From: Asterias rubens
Lineage: Eukaryota
Direction of reading: 5' to 3'
NCBI RefSeq assembly: GCF_902459465.1
Contig: NC_047069.1
Coordinates: forward strand, 10,912,001-10,976,000
Length of the DNA: 64,000 bases
This document shows, in pieces, positions 40,185 through 52,424 of this stretch; the stretch's first letter is position 1, and each line of letters opens with the position of its first letter. Below the pieces are notes generated by a model. The model was not told the origin of the DNA. It was given only the letters and a program-made list of their open reading frames with translations, and ran no database searches. The position numbers and the translations under genes were made by a program.

Positions 40185-43100
40185 AGAGTTTAACGGCACA
40201 CGGCAACATTTTATGCATAAAAATAACAAATATGTAAAAACATCGGACTCAGTTGGTCATCGAAGTTGCATAAGAATAATTTAAGAAAAAACACCCGTGT
40301 TGCACAAAATTAGTGCGCATTCAGATGCAAACAGTGAGAAATTGCCTCTTTCTAAATTACTTCAGAGGGGCCGTTTTCTCACATTGTTTATTACTATCAA
40401 CATCTCTCCATTGCTCATAATACAGTAAGGTTTTATGCTAACAATTATTTTGTAATAAATAAATAGTGTCCGTGCCTTTAACACAACCGTACAATGACTC
40501 TGCATCGTGACCTTTGCAGAACTCCGTACCCTGTTTACAGTTAACGCCAATGACCCTTACAGGGGAATACCCTAAATTCGATGAGAAATGTGCAATAGCT
40601 TCCTGTTGTTTGAACTTCATATTAGTCAATGGATAATTCATTGTCGGACTTGTCACATGTGTTAATCGTTTTTTTTATTCTCAAACAATGCACCAACAGG
40701 AAAGCCATCTAAAGATGTGGGTTTATGTGTCAGCACAAGGGGGAAAAGTCCATATTATATATATATATTTCTTTTTAATTTAATCTTTTAAAATCGTAGC
40801 ATCGATTGCCACATAGTTTACTCTGTCTACTATGAAATATTGTGTAGATCGTACTCTTTTGCAAAACTAGAACTTTGGCCTTTAAAAACTTTTTTTTTAA
40901 ATCATACAAAATGTTGCTTGATAAAAAAACATTTGACAAGACAAAATAGATTGATAAAATAATGATATGAATGAACACTTAAGCCCCCAAATCTAGCGTA
41001 TGTATTCATTAATATTTAATGGAATGTTTTATTTATTATTAGAATGCCATGATTGAGATTCGTTAATGTGTATTTTAAACTCTAACCTGTTCAAAGATCC
41101 CTTTCCCAGTTGCCAATACAGATCATACCATTAGGACAATAATGCGACATTTAAAGATGACATTATGTATACGTACACATTTGGGGTGTTTTAAAGGCAG
41201 TGAACACGTACAAGTAGTAATTACTAAAAAATAATTATTAGCACAGCACCTTACTTATAGTAACGCGTAATGGAGAGCTGTTGATAAACACATTGTGAGA
41301 AGCGGCTCCCATTGAAGTGACGTAGTTTTCAAGAAAGAAATAATTGTCCACGAATTTGATTTCGAGACCTCATTATTAGACTTTTGAGGTCTCGAAATCA
41401 AGCATCTGAAAGCAACTTCGTGTGACAGGGGTGTTTTTTCTTTCATAGTTATCTCGCAACTTCGACGATCAATTGAGCTCAAATTTTCACAGGTTTGTTA
41501 TTTTGTGCATATGTTGAGATATACCAACTGAGAAGATTGGTCTCTGATAATTACCAAAGGTGTCCAGTGTCTTTAACTGAAGGGGTTGGTTTATGATTGT
41601 TTTGCCTTTTCACAATATGCAAAAGGTTGTCTATCTTGTATACACATCACACATATATAACTATTTTAAAATGTTTACGGCAAACTCTTGCGGGGGGGGG
41701 ACAATCGATTTTGGCAATTTTCGGCTTCCGTACCCGATGAGGTCGTGGGGTTGGCGGGGTTGATAATGATATGTTTGTTTTCCTAGACTTGGTTCCAAGT
41801 CGTTGATGGTGGTTTTTAGTCGTCCTAATAGCCGATCCCTCCGGAGACTTATAGAGCGCGTGGTAGCAAATCTGCGGTAATTCTGCGTGGCTGATGCAAA
41901 GAAATAACCACAGTATCAGACCTGAACCAAGGCTATAATAATGGTTTTCCCCGCAGTCACACACGCCATGAGAAATATAGCAGCGTGAATTTGTTTTGTC
42001 TTCCGGTACATCTACATGTATAGATCGAGTGTTGAGTCCGTCGGTTTAAAAACCAAACCATCCTGCAGTGTTTAATTAAGGAACATTCAAAGGGTAAGTT
42101 ATAGGTCTAGATATGATTGTGACTTCGAGACAGTCAGGATCAGCCGGGTCAGGGTTTGAACAATAATTCCAAAAACACTTGATCGTATAGTTTATCAAAA
42201 TAATTTGACTTGACAATGTATGATATATTTATGGAAAGGTGTTAAAGAATACTATAGTTCTGATAAATAGTGATGTATATATGGGCCTACTGTGCACTGG
42301 TCAACATAGCTGTTACTCAAATGATTGCAACAATGCCGTTCAGTGCATTGATTATCATAAACCTTTCTTGATTACGAGTAATGGGGAGAGGTTGACAGTA
42401 TAAAACATTGTGAGAAACGGCTCCCTCTGAAGTGACGTATTGTTTTCGAGAAAGAAGTAATTTTCCACGAATTTGATTTCGAGACCTCAGATTTAGAATT
42501 TGAGGTCTCGAAATCAAGCATATGAAAGCATTCGTGTACTGTTACCATATGCGACAAGGGTGTTTTTTTTTCTTTCATTAATATCTCGCAAACAGGTTTG
42601 TTAATGTATGCATACGTTGAGATACACTAAGTGAGAAGACTAGACTTTGACAATTACCAATAGTGTCCAGTGTCTTTAATGCAGTTACAAGTTCTTGTTT
42701 ATTGAGAAATACACCGAAATGTTGTCTTTTTTGTTGGGAAAAAATTATCGAACAAAAAAAGGGTGCGGCCTCAAAAAAGGATGAGGGAGGGGGGCGATCA
42801 TTTTGTTTCTCAACTTGGCCAAATTATACTCTCTTGCAGTGTATCGGAAAGAGCGACTGGAGACCATTACACAGACTCTTCATCATGGCTACCTCTCACC
42901 AGGCAATGCAGGCTGCAGTCTGTTTCCGTGAGTTATTGGGGAAGGTTTTTAACGATCTTCTCGAGCAGGTCCCTGATCCAGCACCCTCATTGAGACTTGA
43001 TTCGGTCAAAACTTCATTAAGAAGCATATCTTTACTATACAGGAAGGGGCTATGTCGACCTAGTCAATTTGAAAGGTCAAACTGGAATGATGCTGCTAAA

Positions 43101-43190
43101 CGATGCGCTTATTTCTTTCTCTACTTCACGCATCATTGCTATCTCGTGTACGTCTCCCTACAACAAGTCCGACCAGTAAGTTGGAAAAAT
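40185..43190 (+). repeat. Segmental duplicate of 33481-36480, flanked by an 87-bp direct repeat (40098-40184 and 43191-43277)
   Basis: Co-linear near-identity by eye, including MITEs and the MT-4 5' region; both junctions read directly. Confidence 0.9.
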
Positions 43191-43361
43191 AGACGAGAGT
43201 TTTCCCACCAAATGTTCATTGAGTTCGGCATTCTAATCGGCAAAGGCGACTCGAATTCTTTTACATGGCTGCCATTTATTTTGTGTATAGTTCAATCCAC
43301 CTCACTATCGGCCGAATGTTATGATCATAAGAGTTCGTCTCTCTTGTCTTGTTTTATCTAA
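42885..43361 (+). pseudogene. MT-5: 3'-truncated copy of MT-4 (first ~102 codons) reading on into non-coding sequence
   Basis: Near-identical to MT-4 from the ATG (42885) to ...SWKN (43190), then switches to sequence that lies upstream of MT-6/7/8. It lacks motif I. Confidence 0.8.
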
Positions 43362-43439
43362 GGGGAGGGCGGGTCCAGGGTGTTATGTTTTAAAGTCACC
43401 TGGAAGTGGTTTTGTCTGTTTAAATAATTTTATTGTGTG

Positions 43440-43481
<42 letters not shown>

Positions 43482-43846
43482 TCCATCGATCCTGTTGTTG
43501 GCGCCTGCGCTGTTGGATATGGCTGGAAAAAAGAAGAAACAAGAGTTGCATAACGTAATGCAAAAATTTTAATATCTTATTTTCAACACAATTCTAAGCA
43601 TAAGTTTTGTACCCACCACATGTTTGTAACCTAAAACATGTGTATAGAGCTTTGTGTGTTTTTGAATCCTACAAACCAAGTATAAGCAGGTGTCAAAATG
43701 AAAAACATGTTTGTCATTTAAACATGTTTAAAAAGTGGGTATACAAGAAATGTGTTTAAACTCTAAACACTGTTTTAACACCATCATTATAATGATTTGT
43801 AATAAACATCAGATAATGTCTGTTTGTAGGTGCACCGTGAATAGTC

Positions 43847-45202
43847 ATGGAGATCGAGAATAACCACACACCCGAGACCGAAGCAGCCGCTAACTACTTC
43901 AGACGTGTTTTGGCCAGTGCACTGAACCCTCTTTTAGATCAGGTCGAATACCAAGATCGAGAATCTAAGTTTGACGACGTGAAGGAGTCTCTGAGAAACA
44001 TCACAAAGTTATACAAAACGGCACTGAATCAAACCACGTCTGGCTCCCGATCTGACTGGAACGATGCGGGTAACCGTTGCGCTTACGTGTTTGTGTATTT
44101 CATGCAGCACTGCCATCTAGTCCACTACTCGCTTCAACAAATCCAAGCTGATATCTCGAAAAATTGGCAAAATAAGAGTAGTCTGAACGTCTGCAGCATA
44201 GGTGGTGGTCCTGGATCGGATCTTGTTGGGCTGACCAGATTCCTTACGGACGCAGCTTTATTTCCACCCTCACTTACTTGTGTGGTTTTGGATCTGTACC
44301 CTAACTGGAAGCATACTTGGGGGTCAGTCTACGACCAACTGCCTGAAACATTTGACGTAACCTACCGTAAATGTGATCTTGTTAACACGGCAGCGCTGCA
44401 AGATGACATTCTACGCTTTGTTGGAAAGGCCCACTTGCTGACTTTCGTGAAATCTTTCTCGGCAGTGGCTTCATTCTTACGGCAGGATCAAAGACGAGGT
44501 GACCGCCTTCGAGCTATTCTTCGCGCGTTGAAAGGGGGCACGTATGTACTTTACATTGACAATACACACTGGGACAAATCTTTCTTAAATAATTTCGCTT
44601 TACCAGCCGGTCTTAAAGTTGTGTTTGACCTTTGTGGCAAGCAAACTTTGCCATTTGGTCAACATTCACACACGATTAGAGAATTCAGTCACCACCTTGA
44701 TTTCAGACCAATGCGAAACTGCGATGTGACGATCTGGATTTTGTACAAAAATAAATCCGTTCGGAGCAATGTTCAGTCCACCGAGGCTTGTAGTAGACAA
44801 GGTCGAGGGCATTGTTGTATTAACGCACACGCACTAAGTCAAGAGTTTAGACCCGTTCCCGCCCGCATGCCTTCCGCCCAATCTGTTCCAAACACAGGTA
44901 GTCTATCACAACATTTTGTAAAGCCAATAGCAGCTCCAAAATTTCTGCCAACGGTAGATACTTCTTATAAGTACGCCTATCCGACACCAACTGTTAATCC
45001 AACACCAGCCACACCAACTGTTCGTCATCATCAAGATCACAGACCTCAGATAAATGAAGTGTACCAACCAACAAGGCCTTGCAGGGCTCAGACAAGTGAA
45101 GATACCATGCGAAGGCAGATAAATGACCGAAATAGCGCTTGGAAGTTATTTAAGCGTTGCGTTTGTTGTTGTTTTTGTTGCACAGATACATTAAGCAATT
45201 AG
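43847..45202 (+). CDS. MT-6: methyltransferase-like protein, 451 aa, Pro/Thr-rich tail ending in a cysteine string
   Basis: Intact ORF after acceptor tgtttgtag (43829). Motifs RCAYVFVYF, VCSIGGGPGSDLVG, KCDLV, VKSFSA, YIDN, PMRNC. C-terminus WKLFKRCVCCCFCCTDTLSN. Confidence 0.88.
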   Translation: MEIENNHTPETEAAANYFRRVLASALNPLLDQVEYQDRESKFDDVKESLRNITKLYKTALNQTTSGSRSDWNDAGNRCAYVFVYFMQHCHLVHYSLQQIQADISKNWQNKSSLNVCSIGGGPGSDLVGLTRFLTDAALFPPSLTCVVLDLYPNWKHTWGSVYDQLPETFDVTYRKCDLVNTAALQDDILRFVGKAHLLTFVKSFSAVASFLRQDQRRGDRLRAILRALKGGTYVLYIDNTHWDKSFLNNFALPAGLKVVFDLCGKQTLPFGQHSHTIREFSHHLDFRPMRNCDVTIWILYKNKSVRSNVQSTEACSRQGRGHCCINAHALSQEFRPVPARMPSAQSVPNTGSLSQHFVKPIAAPKFLPTVDTSYKYAYPTPTVNPTPATPTVRHHQDHRPQINEVYQPTRPCRAQTSEDTMRRQINDRNSAWKLFKRCVCCCFCCTDTLSN

Positions 45203-46644
45203 GAGAGAACATTAAGTTATTCATAGACCAATAGCCTAGCATGTGGTGTTAAATAGCTTGCTTATTGTGCAAATTGTCATCTTCTCATGATCCACGTCCA
45301 CTTTACATTGGATGCAAAAGTTAAATGATACGAATCGAAGGCATATCAACTAAAAACTTCTTCTGATTCGACATTTATAAGAAAATAAAGTGGATCTGAC
45401 TGCCCTATCAATAAGGGCTGAAGATAAACATTTTACTCTATTTTGAATTAAGTAAGAATCATAAATTCATAGTTGTTTTCAATTCGCATGTCTCCGGTCT
45501 CGTTTCACCTGATCTGAAAGGTAGTCAAATACCTTTTTTCATCGTTAAGGCCTACAGGCCAAACAAAACGTTGCATACACAATGCTACGATTGAAACGAA
45601 ACAGTAGCAAACAAACAACCTTTACAAGAAATGTTATTTTGTTGCACTTGCACATCAGGGTAAAACCTATAGCCCTGGTGGTCTTACACTTTCGTATTGT
45701 ATTACGGTGTAATACAGAGGAATAGTCCTATAATAGGGTTAGGTAAAACCCAGCCCCAGTAGTTCCCTCTGTGGGTGAAATAACGAATAACTAACTAACT
45801 ATAGACTTGTGGACAATCCGGTAACATGTCGTGTATCTAGAGACTTGTGGATAAGTCGTTAAGGGCTGAAGACAAGTATTTTTGTTCAATTTTAAATTTA
45901 GTAAGAAACGTGTATATAAATAGGCCTATATTGTTTATAATTTGTATGTCCGGCCTCTTAATAACTTTGTTAAAGCTGATGTGGTAAGGGAAGTCGTTTC
46001 CGTGGACTCCTGGTAATCTGGAAGATGATCCAATACTTCTTTGTTGCAATTTTGTTGTGTCGGTATTGTTGTACATTCAGTATTGCACATCAGGAAAAAA
46101 CCCAGCCACAGTAATTCTGTCGTGGGGGGGGGGGCACATAGTTTTGAGTGCCTGCCGCGGAGAGAGCAAAACGGCTCTCTTGTAATTATCTGGCAATAAT
46201 ATTGCTGCCGCTAGACTACTCTATACGGTCTTGCACATCAGCACAGCCCCATCGCAAGATACGGAGGGCCGTTTCATTAACGCTGCAATGTTTAAAACCT
46301 ACTATGTTTTTATAGGCCATACTTGCATTTTTTAGCAATTTCTTTCGAGATTGCGAATGTCTTTTAATAAGTGTTAGAAAGTAGCCATTCATATTTTACC
46401 TAAATCTAAAGCTGTAATCCCTTATATAGAAACACAATGATGATTTTGAACAATAGTTCTACTCCGCAACACTCGTGCAATTCGAAACATAAATATCTGT
46501 AATATTGATTTTTAGATGTATTAAATAAGCAGACTTTATTTTAAATCATACATAAATTAATAGTCGAAATCGATGTGTGGCAACACGTTTTTAAACAGGT
46601 GGTTTTTTTTTTATTATCAATTTAACATTTGTTTTTTAACCCAA

Positions 46645-47445
46645 TGTACACTATTGGTAACTACTTAAAATAAATGTTATTAGCATAAAAAGCCGCTGAG
46701 AACATTGAGAGAAACGACTCCCTTGCTCAGAAAACGTAGTTCTGGAGAAAGAGGTAATTTCTCACTCAAAAAGACTTCAGGCTTGAAGCCATTTTTAGGC
46801 ATCTGAAAGCACACACATTAACATGTGTAAGAATTGTGTTTTTTCTTTCATTATTCTCTTGCAACTTCTATGACCAATTGAGTCAACATTTTCACAGATT
46901 TGTTTCTTTATGCATATGTTTGGATACACCAAGTGAGAATATTGTTTTTTTGACAATAAGGTGTCCACGCTGCATATCATATTGTAAGACTATAGTGAAG
47001 AACAAAAACCAAAGAGTTTGTTTTCAACAAAACCAAAGTGGTCTTACAAATAATGACAAATATTGTTTAAAGGCAGTGGACACTATTGGTAATTACTCAA
47101 AATAAATATCACCATAAAACCTTACTTGGTAACGAGTAATGGGGAGAGGTTGATAGTATAAAACAATGTGAGAAACGGCTCCCTGTGAAATGACGTAGTT
47201 TTCGAGAAAGAAGTAATTTTCTGCGAATTTGATTTCGAGACCTAAGATTTAGAATTTGAGGTGTTGAAATCAAGCATCTGAAAGCACACAACTTCGCGTG
47301 ACAAGGTGTTTTTTTTCTTTCATTTATCTCGCAACTTTGACGACCAATTTAGCTCAAATTTTCACAGGTTTGTTATTTTATACATGTTGAGATATACCAA
47401 GTAAGAAGATTGGTCTTTGACAATTACCAATAGTGTCCAGTGTCT
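46645..47445. mobile_element. Two MITE family A copies (46645-46968 degenerate; 47071-47445 intact); paralogous remnants at 59604-60218
   Basis: TTAA at 47067-47070; family TIR. Confidence 0.75.
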
Positions 47446-48828
47446 TTAGCAATGCACCAATTTAATAAGATGTCAATGCACAGTTTTATTAGGATCTACA
47501 AACACAATAAATGATTATTCTAAATTTAGTGAGCTTTTTTTTTTAAACAGTAAAACTATAGCAACAATTTTTGAGAATGTTTAATTATAAATCTAAGATC
47601 AATATAGAACAATAAAAAATAAATGTGTGTTGATTAAGTAAGCCTTTGAAATCAATATTGTACTGTTATTTTTAGTGTGTTGTTCAATTCATATGTTGAA
47701 TTATAGTACCACAGATATAACATTCTTTCTGTTATACTTCAGATTTGTTTGCACTCAGAAAAATCAAAAAAATGTAATTAATCGACATTGAAAGTCAAAA
47801 TCCTTTGTTACCAGGATGTGCATGTTGCTCAGAAATTGTTGTACTCAATCAACTTTCCCTACATTTTTCACACACAACACTGAACGTTGCTTACACACAC
47901 ATTGTTGCAATAACGAAGGGACACAACCTTGACAGTGGTGTTACTTGCACATAAAGGGAAAAACCCAGTTGACAAGCCGTTAAATGTCGTTGAATGTCGA
48001 CTAGTCTACTATGGGTGCGTTCGTTTAGCTTCCCTGGGTCGACCCCGGTGTGTGGCGGTTTTTTTTCTTCCAGGACGAACGTGGGTAATTATCTGCACAC
48101 GTTCGTCCTGGAAAAAGAAAACGCCACACATCGGGGTTGACCCGGGGAAGCTAATCGAACGCACAGTATTACATTGTTTCCTGATATAGCGCCATCTTTA
48201 GGCTTTCTCCGTTATTAGCCTACTGCGAGTTGGCGTCTGATATTATAGCTAATAAATTGAGGAGAGTTTTGCGTGGCTGATGCTGATAAAATAACAACGA
48301 TCTCTCGGACTTGAAATCTAGTGCTCTTGTTCTCGAAAATTGTCATATTTCGCTCTCAGAAGCGTGGATCCTTTCCCAAATATGCGTCTTGCAGTTTGAC
48401 TTCGGGGGGGGGGGTGGTAATTTTAGAGGGATGGCTTGGCTCAAAAGTCGGCCGCTTAATTAATCGCCAAGAATTTAAGAGAAAAAAAAGGCATGGCCTA
48501 TTTGTCTCAAAATTTAAATAGAGATCTAGGTGTGTATATTCACCTTTGACCTCGGTCATTTCACATAGAGATACGCGGACTTGACAGGAATGAACTGTTT
48601 GGGCATCATATGGAAAACTCATGTCACTGTGTACGTTTATCCAACATCGAGGGTCGTGGGTTCGAATTCCACCCAAGTAATATGCCTGTGATATTTTTTC
48701 ACAGGACTCGGGAAAGTACTGAGTACAGTGCTAACACACATCGGTTTATGCAAGTTTAACATCTATTATATCGTTGCGGTACCCGCTGCCAAAACATAGG
48801 ATTCGAACTGCCTCTAGCCATCGGGCAT

Positions 48829-48900
48829 TCTCGGTAGTCTAGTTGGTAGGACACTGCTCTAGAATTGCAAGGGTCGTGGGTTCGAATCCAACCCGAGTTA
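48829..48900 (+). mobile_element. tRNA-derived SINE head (duplicated at about 52777-52848)
   Basis: GGTAGTCTAGTTGG...GGTTCGAATCC boxes; imperfect anticodon arm. A related fragment lies at 48646-48750, with its reverse complement near 30235-30390. Confidence 0.65.
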
Positions 48901-51116
48901 TCATGCGTGTGATAATTTGTCTGCTTAAGGAGCTCTATGAAATTAGGCCCTGGTCTTTCCCTTCTTCCTCCCGTCTTCATCCCTGTAAGACTATACAATT
49001 ACAACTATCATTTGTCTTCAGTTTATGGCCTCATCACTTTTTCATTTGTTCTTTTAATTCATTGTTTTATTATAAATTTTGTTAGAGGTCTTAGCAAAAG
49101 ATTTTCGATCTGAGATGAAACCATATGACGTTTCCATAATTATTGTTGTTGTGGGTATTATTGTTAACTAAGACATGTCAAATATTATTTATGTTGTGGT
49201 GTAATTAAATAATTCATTATGTTTTCTTCGCCAGTGGAGGGTTTGGGTGGCGCAGCAGACATACCGTTTTACGTGTTAGCAAAAAAACAAAACATTTATG
49301 CTTGCCAAGAAACTGTTACAGCCAAACTGCCATGTCATACCGAACTAGTTTTGACTGGTATCCTGCTATTATAAAATATTATTTTGGTTAGCAGAAAATG
49401 TGTAAAGAACATTTTCTTCGAGCAGCCCAGTGAACGGGTTTTCCCTTCATAGATCATCATCCATGCAACACCGCGACCTTTAGCTTATTGGTTGGATGAA
49501 TACGCAAGTACATGAGATCAAACCGTAGTCAATAGAAAAAAACTATTTCACATTTTAAGGTCACGGCCACGATGGGCGTTTCACTATACATTGCTTGTGT
49601 GTATTGCGTATATCACGATGTCATTGATGTTGATCAAAACTACGAGAACTTCAGACGCAGTGTGGGGGATGGGGGATTTGGCTCATCTGTTTGCTGAACT
49701 ATTTTAACAGGTAGGCCTTTGAAAAATTGTTTGGTTTATTCGGTTTGCATAAATTAGGCCTTTACTGTCTTCAGAATTAATTATGCAGAAACGTTGGTAA
49801 AAACACATTATTTAGATTGGTTACAAAATGTTGGAAAACATTTAGGTGAGTGTTGTAGGCCTTTTATGCACTGCGCCTGATAGTCATAATTATTATTCAC
49901 CAAGTTCTGCTATTAAAGCCATTGGACCCTTTCAGGACAGAAAAAACAAGTTCACAGATTTACAAATAATTTACAGGGTTTACAGGGTTTACAGAAGGTA
50001 ATGGTGAAAGACTTCTCTTGAAATATTAGCCCATGAAATGCTTTACTTTTTGAGAAAACGGTAACATAATATAAATTCTCGTTAGCGAGAATTACGGATT
50101 TATTTTAAACACATGTCATGACACGGCGAAACGCGCGGAAACAAGAGTGGGTTTACCCGTTATTTTCTCCCGACTCCGATGACCGATTGAGCCTAAATTT
50201 TCACAGGTTTGTTGTTTAATATATAAGTTGTGATACACGAAGTGTGGGACTTGGACAATAGTGTTTACCGAAAGTGTATGGTGAACAATCTACCCCAGTC
50301 TGCTAGACATGAAAATTAGTAATCTAATTGTGTATTGCGCATGTTTCTCAATAGCGTCACAACCATTAATTAACAAGTATGTTTTCTCTTTTTCGCTGAT
50401 TTTCGTTCCATCCTTTTTTGTTATTAGACGAGAGTTTTCCCACCAAATTTGTATTGAATTCGGCATTCTAATCGGCAAAGGCGACCTTTGTGACTCGAAT
50501 TCTTTTACGTGGCTGCCATTTTTTGGTGTTAACTCATTCCACCTCACTATCGGCCGAATATTAATGATCATAAGAGTTCGTTTCCCTTTTCTTGTTTTAT
50601 CTAAAAGGGGAGGGCGGGTCCAGAGTGTAACTTATGTTTTAACTATTTTTTTGATGTTAGAACTTTTCGCCATTTTAATCTCTGTCATGTTTTGTCTGTT
50701 TAAATTATATTATTGTGCTATTGTATCATTTAAAAGTTTTATCCATCGATCCTGTTGTTGGCGCTTGCGAAGATGTGGCTGAAAAAGGAAGAAAAATGAG
50801 TTGCATAGCGTAATGCACAAATTGTATGTTATACAAACACAGTGTTTAGTTTTCAACACAATTCTAAGCATAAGTTTTGTACCCACTATTCTCCACATGT
50901 TTGTAACCTAAAACATGTTTAGAGGGTTGTGTGTTTTTACTACAAACCAAGTAAGGCAGGTGTCAAAATGAAAAACATGTTTGTCATTTAAACATGTTTA
51001 AAAAGTGGGTATTCAAGAAATGTGTTTAAACTCTAAACACTGTTTTAACACCATCATTATAATGATTTGTAATAAACATCAGATAATGTCTGTTTGTAGG
51101 TGCACCGTGAATAGTC

Positions 51117-52424
51117 ATGGAGACCGAGAATAACCACACACCCGAGACCGAAGCAGCCGCTAACTACTTCAGACGTGTTTTGGCCAGTGCACTGAACCCT
51201 CTTTTAGATCAGGTCGAATACCAAGATCGAGAATCTAAGTTTGACGACGTGAAGGAGTCTCTGAGAAACATCACAAAGTTATACAAAACGGCACTGAATC
51301 AAACCACGTCTGGCTCCCGATCTGACTGGAACGATGCGGGTAACCGTTGCGCTTACGTGTTTGTGTATTTCATGCAGCACTGCCATCTAGTCCACTACTC
51401 GCTTCAACAAATCCAAGCTGATATCTCGAAAAATTGGCAAAATAAGAGTAGTCTGAACGTCTGCAGCATAGGTGGTGGTCCTGGATCGGATCTTGTTGGG
51501 CTGACCAGATTCCTTACGGACGCAGCTTTATTTCCACCCTCACTTACTTGTGTGGTTTTGGATCTGTACCCTAACTGGAAGCATACTTGGGGGTCAGTCT
51601 ACGACCAACTGCCTGAAACATTTGACGTAACCTACCGTAAATGTGATCTTGTTAACACGGCAGCGCTGCAAGATGACATTCTACGCTTTGTTGGAAAGGC
51701 CCACTTGCTGACTTTCGTGAAATCTTTCTCGGCAGTGGCTTCATTCTTACGGCAGGATCAAAGACGAGGTGACCGCCTTCGAGCTATTCTTCGCGCGTTG
51801 AAAGGGGGCACGTATGTACTGTACATTGACAATACACACTGGGACAAATCTTTCTTAAATAATTTCGCTTTACCCGCCGGTCTTAAAGTTGTGTTTGACC
51901 TTTGTGGCAAGCAAACTTTGCCATTTGGTCAACATTCACACACGATTAGAGAATTCAGTCACCACCTTGATTTCAGACCAATGCGAAACTGCGATGTGAC
52001 GATCTGGATTTTGTACAAAAATAAATCCGTTCGGAGCAATGTTCAGTCCACCGAGGCTTGCAGACAGGGTCGATTGCATTTACCCGTTCCCGCCCGCATG
52101 CCTTCCGCCCAATCTGTTCCAAATACAGGTAGTCTATCACAACATTTTGTACAGCCAAGAGCAGCTCCGAAATATCAGTCAACGGTAGATACTTCTTATA
52201 AGTACGCCTATCCGACACCAACTGTTCCAACACCAGCCACACCAACTGTTCGTCATCATCAAGATCACACACCTCGGATAAATGAAGAGTACCAACCAAC
52301 AAGGCCTTGCAGGGCTCAGACAAGTGAAGATGCCAGAAAACAGACAAATTACCGAATTAGCGCTTGGAAGACATTTAAGCGTTGCTTTTGTTGTACTCGC
52401 ACAGACGAGTTTGAGAATGAATAG
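51117..52424 (+). CDS. MT-7: methyltransferase-like protein, 435 aa
   Basis: Intact ORF; core almost identical to MT-6; C-terminus WKTFKRCFCCTRTDEFENE; same acceptor context. Confidence 0.88.
   Translation: METENNHTPETEAAANYFRRVLASALNPLLDQVEYQDRESKFDDVKESLRNITKLYKTALNQTTSGSRSDWNDAGNRCAYVFVYFMQHCHLVHYSLQQIQADISKNWQNKSSLNVCSIGGGPGSDLVGLTRFLTDAALFPPSLTCVVLDLYPNWKHTWGSVYDQLPETFDVTYRKCDLVNTAALQDDILRFVGKAHLLTFVKSFSAVASFLRQDQRRGDRLRAILRALKGGTYVLYIDNTHWDKSFLNNFALPAGLKVVFDLCGKQTLPFGQHSHTIREFSHHLDFRPMRNCDVTIWILYKNKSVRSNVQSTEACRQGRLHLPVPARMPSAQSVPNTGSLSQHFVQPRAAPKYQSTVDTSYKYAYPTPTVPTPATPTVRHHQDHTPRINEEYQPTRPCRAQTSEDARKQTNYRISAWKTFKRCFCCTRTDEFENE

Noticed and set aside
43171-43850. In-frame MT-5/MT-6 fusion protein through the GTAAGT at 43176 spliced to 43830
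   Set aside because: The phase-0 join reads VHRE-stop; the MT-6 ATG is 17 nt into the exon and out of frame.
48829-48900. Possible tRNA gene
   Set aside because: The anticodon stem does not pair properly, and it lies among SINE-related fragments; treated as a SINE head.
51973-52347. Antisense ORFs over MT genes (51973-52347, 55919-56293, 30654-31064, 24073-24345)
   Set aside because: Reverse-strand shadows of real coding sequence with no independent motifs.
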